Shown piece by piece: positions 1 through 8,271 of a stretch of 34,357 bases of DNA. The DNA comes from a virus. Lineage: Duplodnaviria > Caudoviricetes. Each line of letters opens with the position of its first letter. Positions within the stretch are counted from its first letter, which is position 1. The DNA lies in the IMG/VR virus record IMGVR_UViG_3300032216_000455, positions 1-34,357 of that record. One strand, given 5' to 3'. The notes below the pieces were generated by a model. That model searched no databases. It saw nothing but the letters and a program-made list of their open reading frames with translations, and was not told the DNA's origin. The position numbers were made by a program, and so were the translations under genes.

Positions 1-78
1 GCCCACGGCATCCACGACATGGGCGTCGAGATACAGGCCATCCAACTGGCCATCCGCGAACTGGAGAAATTGAAATGA
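1..78 (+). CDS. 3' end of a hypothetical protein (truncated by window edge)
   Basis: Frame 1 reads AHGIHDMGVEIQAIQLAIRELEKLK*; its TGA overlaps the next ATG (ATGA at 75-78). Confidence 0.65.
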   Translation, partial: AHGIHDMGVEIQAIQLAIRELEKLK

Positions 79-257
79 TACTTGAGATCAGCGTCGCCAT
101 GATGGACGGCTTTGTCCGCGAGTGGCTCAAGGACACGCTGGAGACGTTGGAGATCAACCTTGCCAGCGAGTACGTCCACCCAGAGGACAAAGCGACATAC
201 GAAAAGGACATCGAGGCCGTGAAACGGCTGCTGGATTACATTGGAGCAGACGTATGA
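75..257 (+). CDS. hypothetical phage protein (60 aa)
   Basis: GGAG upstream; ATGA overlaps at both ends, consistent with translational coupling to the polymerase. Confidence 0.8.
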   Translation: MILEISVAMMDGFVREWLKDTLETLEINLASEYVHPEDKATYEKDIEAVKRLLDYIGADV

Positions 258-2074
258 ACGTCATAGTCCTAGATTTTGAAACATTTTACAGCCAGCAGTT
301 CTCACTGTCGAAAATCACCACCGAAGAGTATATCCGTCACGAGCAGTTCGAGACCATTGGCGTTGCTGTGAAGGTCGATGGTGGCGAGACGCAGTGGTTC
401 ACCGGCCCCAAGGCCGCGACCAAGAAGTTCCTAGATCAGTTCCCTTGGGATGATGCGATTGCTGTTGCACATAACGCCATGTTCGATATGGCTATCCTGA
501 ACTGGCAGTTTGATATCCGACCCAAGCGGATCGCGGACACCCTGTCGATGGCACGGGCGCTGCATGGTACGGACGGGTTTAGCCTAAGCCTCAAGTCACT
601 GGTCGAGCATTACGGGATCGGCGTGAAGGGGACAGAGGTTATCAACGCGCTGGGTAAGCGCCGGCTGGACTTCACAGCGGAAGAGATGGAGCGTTACGGC
701 GACTACTGCATCAACGATGTGGAACTCACTTATGAGTTGTTCTGCCGTATCGCGCCAAGTTTTCCGCAGGTAGAATTTCGTTTGGTTGACCTGACACTGC
801 GGATGTTCACGGAGCCAAAGCTGGAACTGGATCGCTGGGCCTTGGTTGCCCACTTGGCTAAGGTGAAGAGCGCCAAGGAAGCCCTGATGTCGAAGCTGAA
901 CTATGACAAGGCCGACTTGATGTCGAACCCAAAGCTGGCCGAACTCCTGGAGTTTCATGGTGTCGATGTGCCGATGAAGGTCAGTCCTGCTACAGGCAAG
1001 CAGACCCATGCCTTTGCCAAGAATGATGAGGCTTTCAAGGAGTTGCTGGAGCATGAGAACCCGCAGGTTCAGGCGATTGTGGCGGCGCGTCTGGGTGTTA
1101 AGTCTACGCTGGAAGAGACGCGCACTGAGCGGTTCATCAATATTGCCAAGCGTGGGGCCTTGCCCATCCCCCTTCGTTACTACGCTGCCCACACGGGGCG
1201 CTGGGGCGGAGACGACAAAGTAAATATGCAGAACCTGCCGCGCAAGTCACCACTGAAACAGGCGATATGCGCACCAGACGGGTACTTGCTGGTGGACTGC
1301 GACAGCAGCCAGATCGAAGCGCGCACCTTGGCGTGGCTGGCTGGGCAGAATGACCTCGTTGAAGCCTTTGATAGGGGGGAAGATGTGTACAAGATCATGG
1401 CGTCCGCCATCTACGGCAAGGCGGTCGAAGAAATCACGGACAGCGAACGCTTCGTCGGCAAAACCACCATCCTCGGTGCCGGATACGGCATGGGTGCAGC
1501 CAAGTTCAAAGCCCAGCTAAAGACCTTCGGTGTCGATCTGGAACTGAGCGAGTGTGAGTACATCATCAACGTGTACCGCGAGACATACTCAAGGATACCG
1601 ATGCTGTGGCGTCAGGCGGGGGATGCTCTTGAGGCGATGATTAATAACAAGACTGCTCCTTTGGGTATACTTGGTGTTCTCTCGGTGCGCGGTGCAGACG
1701 GCATCAAGCTGCCGAACGGCCTGTACATTAAGTACCCCAACCTGCGGCGGGAAAATAACAATGGTAAGTCTGAGATGGTCTACGACACCAAGAAGGGTAA
1801 GGCGGTCATCCCGACCCGCATCTATGGCGGCAAGTGCGTCGAGAATGTGTGTCAGGCTCTGGCCAGGATCGTGATCGGTGAGCAGATGCTGATGATCGCA
1901 CGGCGACTACCCGTGGTGATGACTGTGCATGATGCTGTCGGTGCGCTGGTCAAGGTCGAGGAAGCGGATGAAGGTCGAGCCTTCGTCGAGCAGTGCATGA
2001 GGATCAGACCCAAGTGGGCAACAGCACTGCCACTAAACTGTGAAAGCAAGATGGGAGCAAGTTATGGCGGATGA
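254..2074 (+). CDS. polA: family A DNA polymerase with 3'-5' exonuclease domain
   Basis: ExoI VLDFET, ExoII AHNAMFD, ExoIII YCINDV; motif A DCDSSQIEAR, motif B RFVGKTTILGAGYG, motif C TVHDA. Likely start is ATG 254 (GGAG at 243-246), not 122. Confidence 0.96.
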   Translation: MNVIVLDFETFYSQQFSLSKITTEEYIRHEQFETIGVAVKVDGGETQWFTGPKAATKKFLDQFPWDDAIAVAHNAMFDMAILNWQFDIRPKRIADTLSMARALHGTDGFSLSLKSLVEHYGIGVKGTEVINALGKRRLDFTAEEMERYGDYCINDVELTYELFCRIAPSFPQVEFRLVDLTLRMFTEPKLELDRWALVAHLAKVKSAKEALMSKLNYDKADLMSNPKLAELLEFHGVDVPMKVSPATGKQTHAFAKNDEAFKELLEHENPQVQAIVAARLGVKSTLEETRTERFINIAKRGALPIPLRYYAAHTGRWGGDDKVNMQNLPRKSPLKQAICAPDGYLLVDCDSSQIEARTLAWLAGQNDLVEAFDRGEDVYKIMASAIYGKAVEEITDSERFVGKTTILGAGYGMGAAKFKAQLKTFGVDLELSECEYIINVYRETYSRIPMLWRQAGDALEAMINNKTAPLGILGVLSVRGADGIKLPNGLYIKYPNLRRENNNGKSEMVYDTKKGKAVIPTRIYGGKCVENVCQALARIVIGEQMLMIARRLPVVMTVHDAVGALVKVEEADEGRAFVEQCMRIRPKWATALPLNCESKMGASYGG

Positions 2075-2717
2075 GATTAAAGCCATTGAAACAAATTATA
2101 TGGGTTGTCGTTTCCGCAGTCGGCTCGAAGCGCGCTGGGCGGTGTTCTTCGACGCGCTCGGATGGAATTGGGAGCACGAGAAAGAGGGTTATGTGATTGG
2201 TTACGATAAGACCATTCCGTGGCTTCCCGATTTTGAGATTACCACACCAAAGGGCCAGCATTTCTATGTCGAAGTGAAGGGCGACCCTAACTTCTTTAAG
2301 GATGGTATTTGGCTTGAACGTTTGGATTGGCATGGAGGGCCACCTGGATTTCCGGATAGTAGTTGGGATTATTATTCTGATAAGGATAACGATCCATGTT
2401 TGACGACACGCAAACCGATTATACTTCTTGGAGATGTACCCCGTGTACGTGAAGGTGCAGAGATTTGGATGCCCGTTATATTCCATCATGAAGGAGTGCA
2501 TGGTCGTTACTGCCTAGTATGCCCAGACGGTCTGGAGTTAGTATACGATAGAAGGGTTAATTACACTTGGGATAATCTTGGCCCTTCTGGAGGGATCGAT
2601 AATTTCGGGGTAGCTGTTGGATGGGCGCAGTCACCAGAATCAGCTGCGGTAGTACCCGCTGTTCACGCTGCGCTGGGCGCTAGGTTTGAACATGGTGAGA
2701 AAGGAGCAAATAAATGA
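2064..2717 (+). CDS. PD-(D/E)XK family nuclease
   Basis: FRSRLEARWA...LPDF...YVEVKG signature; ATG 2064 with GGAG at 2054-2057; overlaps the polymerase 3' end. Confidence 0.8.
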   Translation: MADEIKAIETNYMGCRFRSRLEARWAVFFDALGWNWEHEKEGYVIGYDKTIPWLPDFEITTPKGQHFYVEVKGDPNFFKDGIWLERLDWHGGPPGFPDSSWDYYSDKDNDPCLTTRKPIILLGDVPRVREGAEIWMPVIFHHEGVHGRYCLVCPDGLELVYDRRVNYTWDNLGPSGGIDNFGVAVGWAQSPESAAVVPAVHAALGARFEHGEKGANK

Positions 2718-3400
2718 GCGAGTATCAATTCACCCAAGATTGGTTCAAGTGGGCACCTGCCGTGTGGGAGCAGATTATTCCGCTGTTGCCAGAGAAAAAG
2801 TCGTTCCTTGAAATCGGCTCTTTCGAGGGCCGCAGCACCGTCTGGATTATCGAGAACATGATGAACCCCGGCGACTGGATTGATTGCGTCGATACGTGGG
2901 AAGGTGGCGAAGAGCATAACAAAGAGGATATGCAGGATACGGAGTCACGGTTTGTTCACAACATCAACATCGCACTAAATGGTGCGGAGGTAACGGAACC
3001 CACCGAGTTTAGCTCCTCTCGTCATATCCGTTATGCGTCTCGTGCCCCCACCGAAGGGCAGCGGAAGCGTGTATACAAATACAAAACTACCTCGACGGAT
3101 ATGCTGGGCCAGAAGCTGCACTTCCAAATTGGCCACGTAAAGCCTGAGTATGTACCGATGTACGACTTCATTTATATCGACGGAAGCCACATCGCCAAGG
3201 ACGTTCTCACGGACGCTTGCATGGCTTGGCCGCTGCTCAAGCTTGAAGGATTTATGGTGTTTGACGATTACACATGGGGCAACCCGCGTGATGCACTGCA
3301 CCGGCCTAAGATCGCAATCGACGCCTTCACCAACATCTTCGGTGAGACGGCTGAGATCGTCCATGTTGGTTATCAACTCATAGTAAGGAAGAAGGGATAA
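2714..3400 (+). CDS. class I SAM-dependent methyltransferase (Methyltransf_24-like)
   Basis: FLEIGSFEGRS SAM-binding loop, CVDTW, YDFIYIDGSH, GFMVFDDY. Confidence 0.88.
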   Translation: MSEYQFTQDWFKWAPAVWEQIIPLLPEKKSFLEIGSFEGRSTVWIIENMMNPGDWIDCVDTWEGGEEHNKEDMQDTESRFVHNINIALNGAEVTEPTEFSSSRHIRYASRAPTEGQRKRVYKYKTTSTDMLGQKLHFQIGHVKPEYVPMYDFIYIDGSHIAKDVLTDACMAWPLLKLEGFMVFDDYTWGNPRDALHRPKIAIDAFTNIFGETAEIVHVGYQLIVRKKG

Positions 3401-3402
3401 AG

Positions 3403-3570
3403 ATGATGGAAATAGCATTTGGTGTCGGTGCCGCAGTCGGTTTCCTTTTGGGGTTGATTGCCGCCACAAGCCGTACAGGTCAGATCAAAGAAGAGAATGA
3501 TAGGCTGAACGCTGAACTGCACAAGCTAACAGACCGCGATTCCAAGGGTCGCTTTAGAGGAGGTAAGTAA
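3403..3570 (+). CDS. small membrane-anchored protein (55 aa), absent from ORF track
   Basis: Manual translation MMEIAFGVGAAVGFLLGLIAATSRTGQIKEENDRLNAELHKLTDRDSKGRFRGGK*: N-terminal hydrophobic helix, coiled coil, RDxxGRF motif; TAATG coupling to the next ORF. Confidence 0.75.
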   Translation: MMEIAFGVGAAVGFLLGLIAATSRTGQIKEENDRLNAELHKLTDRDSKGRFRGGK

Positions 3571-3731
3571 TGGGGAAGCCCAAGGGTAAAGCAAAGACCG
3601 CAGCAGGTCAGGTCAAGGTCATTCCGAAGCGGGCACCGTTCCGCAAGGTGTGCACCACCTGCCGCTCAAGCTGGCTGGGCGATTTGCTCTATAGCTGTGG
3701 ACACGATACTTTGATCGAGCAGAACATCTGA
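3570..3731 (+). CDS. small basic protein with possible Zn site (53 aa), absent from ORF track
   Basis: MGKPKGKAKTAAGQVKVIPKRAPFRKVCTTCRSSWLGDLLYSCGHDTLIEQNI*; CxxC...CxH; strong GGAGG SD; TGATG coupling. Confidence 0.72.
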   Translation: MGKPKGKAKTAAGQVKVIPKRAPFRKVCTTCRSSWLGDLLYSCGHDTLIEQNI

Positions 3732-3904
3732 TGCCGATGGTTAAGAAGGGTCGGTTCACATGGACACCCGAACTGGAAGCAAAGCTGATGGGCCTGTTTG
3801 GTTACGGGCTGAGAGCTGTTGATGTAGCCGAAGAGATGGGTATCTCCATCTGCGCTGCCGAAGCACGGTATCGCAAGCTAAAGAAAGAGCAGAAGGATGG
3901 CTAA
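3731..3904 (+). CDS. GcrA-N/Myb-like helix-turn-helix protein (57 aa), absent from ORF track
   Basis: MPMVKKGRFTWTPELEAKLMGLFGYGLRAVDVAEEMGISICAAEARYRKLKKEQKDG*; WT-x-E...L..L...G.....A..MG pattern typical of the GcrA N-terminal HTH. Confidence 0.7.
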   Translation: MPMVKKGRFTWTPELEAKLMGLFGYGLRAVDVAEEMGISICAAEARYRKLKKEQKDG

Positions 3905-4082
3905 GAAAAAGATCAGGGCCGAGGTTATAACCACGGTCATCCCTCATGTGGATGAGAAGCTGCAAGCTGCCTATGAGCGTCTCGCTATGCTCCACACCGA
4001 GACCATGGCTGAACTGGTCGAGGAAAAGAAATATAATCTCTGCCAAAGCTGGTGGTGCAGACTGAAGAGGAAATTTTCATGA
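3897..4082 (+). CDS. hypothetical protein (61 aa)
   Basis: Fills the gap between coupled ORFs; ATGA overlap with the next gene. Confidence 0.7.
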   Translation: MAKKKIRAEVITTVIPHVDEKLQAAYERLAMLHTETMAELVEEKKYNLCQSWWCRLKRKFS

Positions 4083-4840
4083 CTGAAGAAACTAAACGCC
4101 CCACGATCATGATCGCCACTCCCATGTACGGCGGTATGTGCACTGGGATGTACGTGATGGGCTTGCTCACCACCATGAACAAGATGCGTGAACTGGGTGT
4201 TGCGGTGCGTTGGTCGCACATGACCAATGAGAGCCTTATCACCCGCGCACGTAACGAACTGGCCCGCTCGTTCCTGGAAACAGACTGCGACTACCTGATG
4301 TTCGTTGATGCCGACATTGGCTTCGATGGAGAGGCTGTAGCCCAACTGCTGGCAGTGGATGATGATATCGTATGCGGTATCTACCCCAAGAAGGGTATCA
4401 ACTGGGATAGCGTGGGTCGCGCTGCAGTCGAGGGTAAACTAGACCTTGCGGATTACGCAGGTGACTTTGTGTTTAATATGGTAGGTGATCGACATGCCGA
4501 GACTGATGAGCGTGGTGTCGTTGAAGTACGTCATGGTGGTACTGGCTTTATGCTCATCAAGCGGGGTGTGTTCGACTACCTCAAGCCTCATGTGCCAACC
4601 TACCGCACATCATCAGAACAAGACCCCAAAACTGGGGAATATGTAAAGCCGCTGACCTATGAGTTCTTTGCTACCAGCATCGATCATACCGGCGCATTGC
4701 TCTCAGAAGATTACCACTTCTGCGAGTTGTTTCGTAAACATGGAGGGAAAATTTACGCGCATCCCTTCATCAAGCTGGAGCATGTGGGCACACATGTCTT
4801 TGGCGGTGACATCCTAAAGACGCGCAGCAGCCTAAAGTAA
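4079..4840 (+). CDS. GT-A fold glycosyltransferase-like protein
   Basis: IMIATPMYGG, ESLITRARN, LMFVDAD (DxD), GTGFMLIKR, LSEDYHFC; start at ATG 4079 via ATGA overlap. Confidence 0.8.
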   Translation: MTEETKRPTIMIATPMYGGMCTGMYVMGLLTTMNKMRELGVAVRWSHMTNESLITRARNELARSFLETDCDYLMFVDADIGFDGEAVAQLLAVDDDIVCGIYPKKGINWDSVGRAAVEGKLDLADYAGDFVFNMVGDRHAETDERGVVEVRHGGTGFMLIKRGVFDYLKPHVPTYRTSSEQDPKTGEYVKPLTYEFFATSIDHTGALLSEDYHFCELFRKHGGKIYAHPFIKLEHVGTHVFGGDILKTRSSLK

Positions 4841-4851
4841 GGAGCAAACAA

Positions 4852-5262
4852 ATGGCTAAGAAGAACTACGCATACGGCGAGAAGGCCGCACGGATCATGG
4901 ACTGGATCAACAAAGACCCTGGTGTATCCGACAAACATATCGCACGGCACATTGGATGCCACTACACTTACGTCTACTCACTGCGCAAAAAGATGGCGCA
5001 TCTAGATAGTCTGATGGAGCCAGGAGAAGATGAAACCGAAAGCGCCAACGATGTTCAGATGGGTGGCGACCACTACAAGCGCCTTGGCGTTGAGCCTTGG
5101 GATGTGTTTGATACATGGCCTATCGAGCAGCGGATCGGTGCATACCGTGCCAACTGCACCAAGTATGTGATGCGGTTGGATGCCAAAGATACCCCCTTGC
5201 TAAATGCCCAGAAACTGGCGCATTACGCGCAGAAGTTGGTCGAGGTGTTAGAGGAAAGATAG
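4852..5262 (+). CDS. HTH + DUF3310 (T7 gp1.7 nucleotide kinase-like) protein
   Basis: C-terminal QMGGDHYK...EPWD...NCTKYVMR...K resembles DUF3310; N-terminal PGVSDKHIARHIGCHYTYVY looks like an HTH. Confidence 0.7.
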   Translation: MAKKNYAYGEKAARIMDWINKDPGVSDKHIARHIGCHYTYVYSLRKKMAHLDSLMEPGEDETESANDVQMGGDHYKRLGVEPWDVFDTWPIEQRIGAYRANCTKYVMRLDAKDTPLLNAQKLAHYAQKLVEVLEER

Positions 5263-5263
5263 A

Positions 5264-5932
5264 ATGACAGCGTGGTCGTACAGCAGCATCAAGACTTTCG
5301 ACCAGTGCCCGAAGAAGTACTACCACCTCAAGGTGGCTCAGGATGTCAAGGACACGGGTAGTGAAGCGTCTGTATATGGGAACGATGCCCATGAAGCTGC
5401 TGAACACTACATCAAGCACGGGACGCCGATACCGGATAAGTTCAAGATCATGCGTCCCGTGGTTGAAACGCTAGCCAAGTTTCCTGGGGAGAAGCACACC
5501 GAGTTGAAGTTGGGGGTCCGCAAGACGGAGCATGGTTACGAGCCGTGTGGTTTCTTCAACAAGGATGTGTGGTGGCGCGGTATCGTCGATCTGCTTATTG
5601 TGGATGGCGATACCGCCCACATGGTGGACTACAAGACAGGCAAGAACGCCAAGTATGCGGACATGAAGCAGCTAGACCTAATGGCCGGCGCAATCTTCGT
5701 GCATCGTCCTGATGTAAAGCGGATCAAGTCTGGCTTGGCCTATGTGGTCAGCAACGAGTTCCCGAAGAAGACCCATTACCGCGAACATCTAGCCGACTAT
5801 TTGTCCGTGTTCGATACCCAGCTAGACCAGTTAGAAAACGCAATTGATAGCGGTGTATGGAATGCTAAGTCTGGGCCTTTGTGTGGCTGGTGTCCTGTGG
5901 TAAACTGTGAACATTATCGTCCTAGGAGATAA
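5264..5932 (+). CDS. Cas4/RecB-like PD-(D/E)XK exonuclease
   Basis: WSYSSIKTFDQCPKKY, GIVDLL, VDYKTGK, QL, C-terminal CGWCPVVNC (1+3 Cys Fe-S staple). Confidence 0.88.
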   Translation: MTAWSYSSIKTFDQCPKKYYHLKVAQDVKDTGSEASVYGNDAHEAAEHYIKHGTPIPDKFKIMRPVVETLAKFPGEKHTELKLGVRKTEHGYEPCGFFNKDVWWRGIVDLLIVDGDTAHMVDYKTGKNAKYADMKQLDLMAGAIFVHRPDVKRIKSGLAYVVSNEFPKKTHYREHLADYLSVFDTQLDQLENAIDSGVWNAKSGPLCGWCPVVNCEHYRPRR

Positions 5933-5934
5933 CC

Positions 5935-6231
5935 GTGCCATACAAGAACAAGGCTGATCGCAAGTATGCGAACGCCGCTAAATACGAAGCCCAGCCGCAG
6001 CAGGTGAAGAACCGCAGTGCGCGTGATGCCGCCCGCGACAAGCTGATGAAGGCCGGTAAAGTTAAGAAGGGTGACGGCAAGGATGTCGCCCACGTTGTCG
6101 CTCTGGACAAGGGTGGTAGCAACAAGCAGGGTGTGCGGGTGGAGAGTGCGTCAAAGAACCGCTCCTTCAAGCGCGATAGCAAGCACAACCTAGTGTCAGA
6201 AACTAGCAAGCGGGAACGCAAGAAGAAGTAA
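5935..6231 (+). CDS. HNH-like endonuclease / basic protein
   Basis: GDGKDVAHVVALDKGGSN...VESASKNRS resembles the phage HNH motif (DVDH...GG.N...NRS); GTG start with AGGAG. Confidence 0.7.
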   Translation: MPYKNKADRKYANAAKYEAQPQQVKNRSARDAARDKLMKAGKVKKGDGKDVAHVVALDKGGSNKQGVRVESASKNRSFKRDSKHNLVSETSKRERKKK

Positions 6232-6251
6232 CCCGCACAAGGAGCAAACTA

Positions 6252-7811
6252 ATGCGGACCGTTGATGATAAAGTCCTCCTCGTGGAGACACGAGACCCTG
6301 ATGCTATCACATCAGTTATCAAGAAAAGTACCGTGATGGAGACCCGTCGCGGGACAGCCAAGGTCGCTGTGCACTGGGGGCTGAAGGAAGCTCAGGCGCT
6401 GGCGACTCTCGGACATGATGCCCCTTCCCCACTATTGCGCGATTACCAGTGGACCGGGAAGTTTTCCCCATTCGAACATCAGAAGACCACATCGTCTTTC
6501 CTCTCGCTGCGTAAGCGGGCATTCTGTTTCAGCGAAGCGGGCACTGGCAAGACAGCCAGCGTGATCTGGTCTGTCGATTATCTCATGAAGCTGGGTAAGG
6601 TTAAGCGCGTCCTCGTGCTGTGCCCGCTGTCGATCATGAAGGCTGCATGGCAGCAAGACCTGTTTAAGTTCGCCATGCACCGTTCGTGCAGCGTGGCGCA
6701 TGGGTCTGCTGCCCAGCGCAAGAAGATCATCGCCGCTGGCTCCGAGTTCGTCATCATTAACTTCGACGGGCTGGCTGTGGTCAAGGACGAGATCGCCGCA
6801 GGTGGCTTCGACATGATCGTGGTGGATGAGGCGACAGCCTACAAGAACCCGCAAACGACTCGGTGGAAGATACTCAAAGACCTAGTCAAAGAAACAGACC
6901 CTTGGCTCTGGATGCTTACGGGTACACCGGCAGCGCAGTCGCCTATCGATGCTTATGGTCTGGCTAAGTTGGTAAACCCAGAGGGGTGCCCCAAGTACTT
7001 CGGTGCGTTCCGCGACTCGGTCATGTACAAGGTCACGCAGTTTAAGTGGGCGGTGAAGCCGCAGGCTCAGTCTATTGTGCATCGCATCCTGCAGCCGGCA
7101 ATCCGGTTCGAGAAAAGCCAGTGTCTCGATCTGCCAAAGGTCACCCATGTGGATCGTGATGCGCCTCTGACATCGCAACAGGCTAAGTACTATAAGACAC
7201 TCAAAAACCAGATGGTCATGGAAGCGGACGGCGAACAGATCAGCGCGGTCAATGCGGCGACTAACCTGAACAAGCTGCTGCAGATCAGCGGAGGCGCGGT
7301 CTATTCGGATACTGGCGAGGTCGTGCAGTTCGACGTCAGCAACCGCATCAACGCCGTGCTGGAAGTGATCAACGAAACCAACCGCAAGGTGCTGGTCTTT
7401 GTTCCCTTTACGCACACCATCGAGCTTCTGAAGGAGGCACTGGAGAAAGAGAAGATCAGCTGCGAGGTGATCAACGGCAAGGTCAACCTCAACAAGCGCA
7501 GCCAGATCGTCGCTGACTTCCAGTCGCTGCCCAACCCCCGTGTGCTCATCATCCAGCCACAGGCTGCATCGCACGGCCTGACCCTGACGGAAGCCGACAC
7601 CATCATCTGGTACGCACCTGTGACGAGCGTGGAGACATACCTACAGGCCAACGCCCGCATCGACAGACCAGGACAGAAGCATCCCATGACCATCGTGCAC
7701 ATCTCCGGCAGTGAGGTGGAACACAAGCTTTACACGATGCTGCGGGGCAACATTGAGAACCACCAGAAGATAATCGACCTGTACCGACAAGAAATTTTAC
7801 AAACCGCTTGA
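6252..7811 (+). CDS. SNF2-family (SF2) helicase
   Basis: Q motif PFEHQ, Walker A EAGTGKT, motif Ia VLCPLS, Walker B VVDEAT, motif III LTGTP, HGLTLT, motif VI QANARIDRPGQ. Confidence 0.93.
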   Translation: MRTVDDKVLLVETRDPDAITSVIKKSTVMETRRGTAKVAVHWGLKEAQALATLGHDAPSPLLRDYQWTGKFSPFEHQKTTSSFLSLRKRAFCFSEAGTGKTASVIWSVDYLMKLGKVKRVLVLCPLSIMKAAWQQDLFKFAMHRSCSVAHGSAAQRKKIIAAGSEFVIINFDGLAVVKDEIAAGGFDMIVVDEATAYKNPQTTRWKILKDLVKETDPWLWMLTGTPAAQSPIDAYGLAKLVNPEGCPKYFGAFRDSVMYKVTQFKWAVKPQAQSIVHRILQPAIRFEKSQCLDLPKVTHVDRDAPLTSQQAKYYKTLKNQMVMEADGEQISAVNAATNLNKLLQISGGAVYSDTGEVVQFDVSNRINAVLEVINETNRKVLVFVPFTHTIELLKEALEKEKISCEVINGKVNLNKRSQIVADFQSLPNPRVLIIQPQAASHGLTLTEADTIIWYAPVTSVETYLQANARIDRPGQKHPMTIVHISGSEVEHKLYTMLRGNIENHQKIIDLYRQEILQTA

Positions 7812-7835
7812 CATTGTATAATGTAAGAATAATGT
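7808..7835 (+). promoter_or_regulatory. sigma70-type promoter with overlapping inverted repeat
   Basis: Perfect TTGACA (7808-7813), 16-nt spacer, TAATGT (7830-7835); ACATT-gtat-AATGT dyad at 7811-7824; AT-rich intergenic gap. Confidence 0.65.
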
Positions 7836-7860
7836 GAGCGAACCAACGAAGGAGCCAACG

Positions 7861-8262
7861 ATGACAGATATGAAAGCGGACGAACTCGTCCTTGCCTACC
7901 GTAAGATACGCGATGTTATCAACGCAAAGGAAGAAGCGCACAAGGAAGAGATCACCGATCTCAAGGCGCAGCAGGATGTGTTGTCCGCTGCACTTCTCGA
8001 CTTGTGTAATGAGCAAAACCTCGATAGCATCCGCACCCCTGCTGGGACTGTAACGCGCACGGTTAGCACTCGCTACTGGACGAACGACTGGGAGTCTATG
8101 TACGATTTTATCCGTGAAAATGAGGCCATGCATCTGCTTGAACAGCGGATACACAACGGCAACATGAAGCAGTTCCTATCAGAAAATCCGGACGATCTGC
8201 CGGTCGGCCTTCAGGCCGATACCAAGTATGTCGTGCGTGTGCGTAAACCAACAGCCAAGTAA
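7861..8262 (+). CDS. conserved phage replication-module protein (coiled-coil N terminus)
   Basis: ATG 7861 follows AAGGAG; helical N terminus then SIRTPAGTV...DWESMYDFI; typical gene just before the SSB in this module type. Confidence 0.8.
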   Translation: MTDMKADELVLAYRKIRDVINAKEEAHKEEITDLKAQQDVLSAALLDLCNEQNLDSIRTPAGTVTRTVSTRYWTNDWESMYDFIRENEAMHLLEQRIHNGNMKQFLSENPDDLPVGLQADTKYVVRVRKPTAK

Positions 8263-8271
8263 GGAGCAAGT

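Noticed and set aside
122-253. 44-aa N-terminal extension of the polymerase in the ORF track
   Set aside because: It overlaps the 75-257 gene; ATG 254 has an SD and the ExoI motif begins immediately after it.
5264-5932. Cas4-like gene as evidence of a CRISPR system
   Set aside because: No repeat-spacer array or other cas genes seen; solo Cas4-like nucleases are common in phage replication modules.
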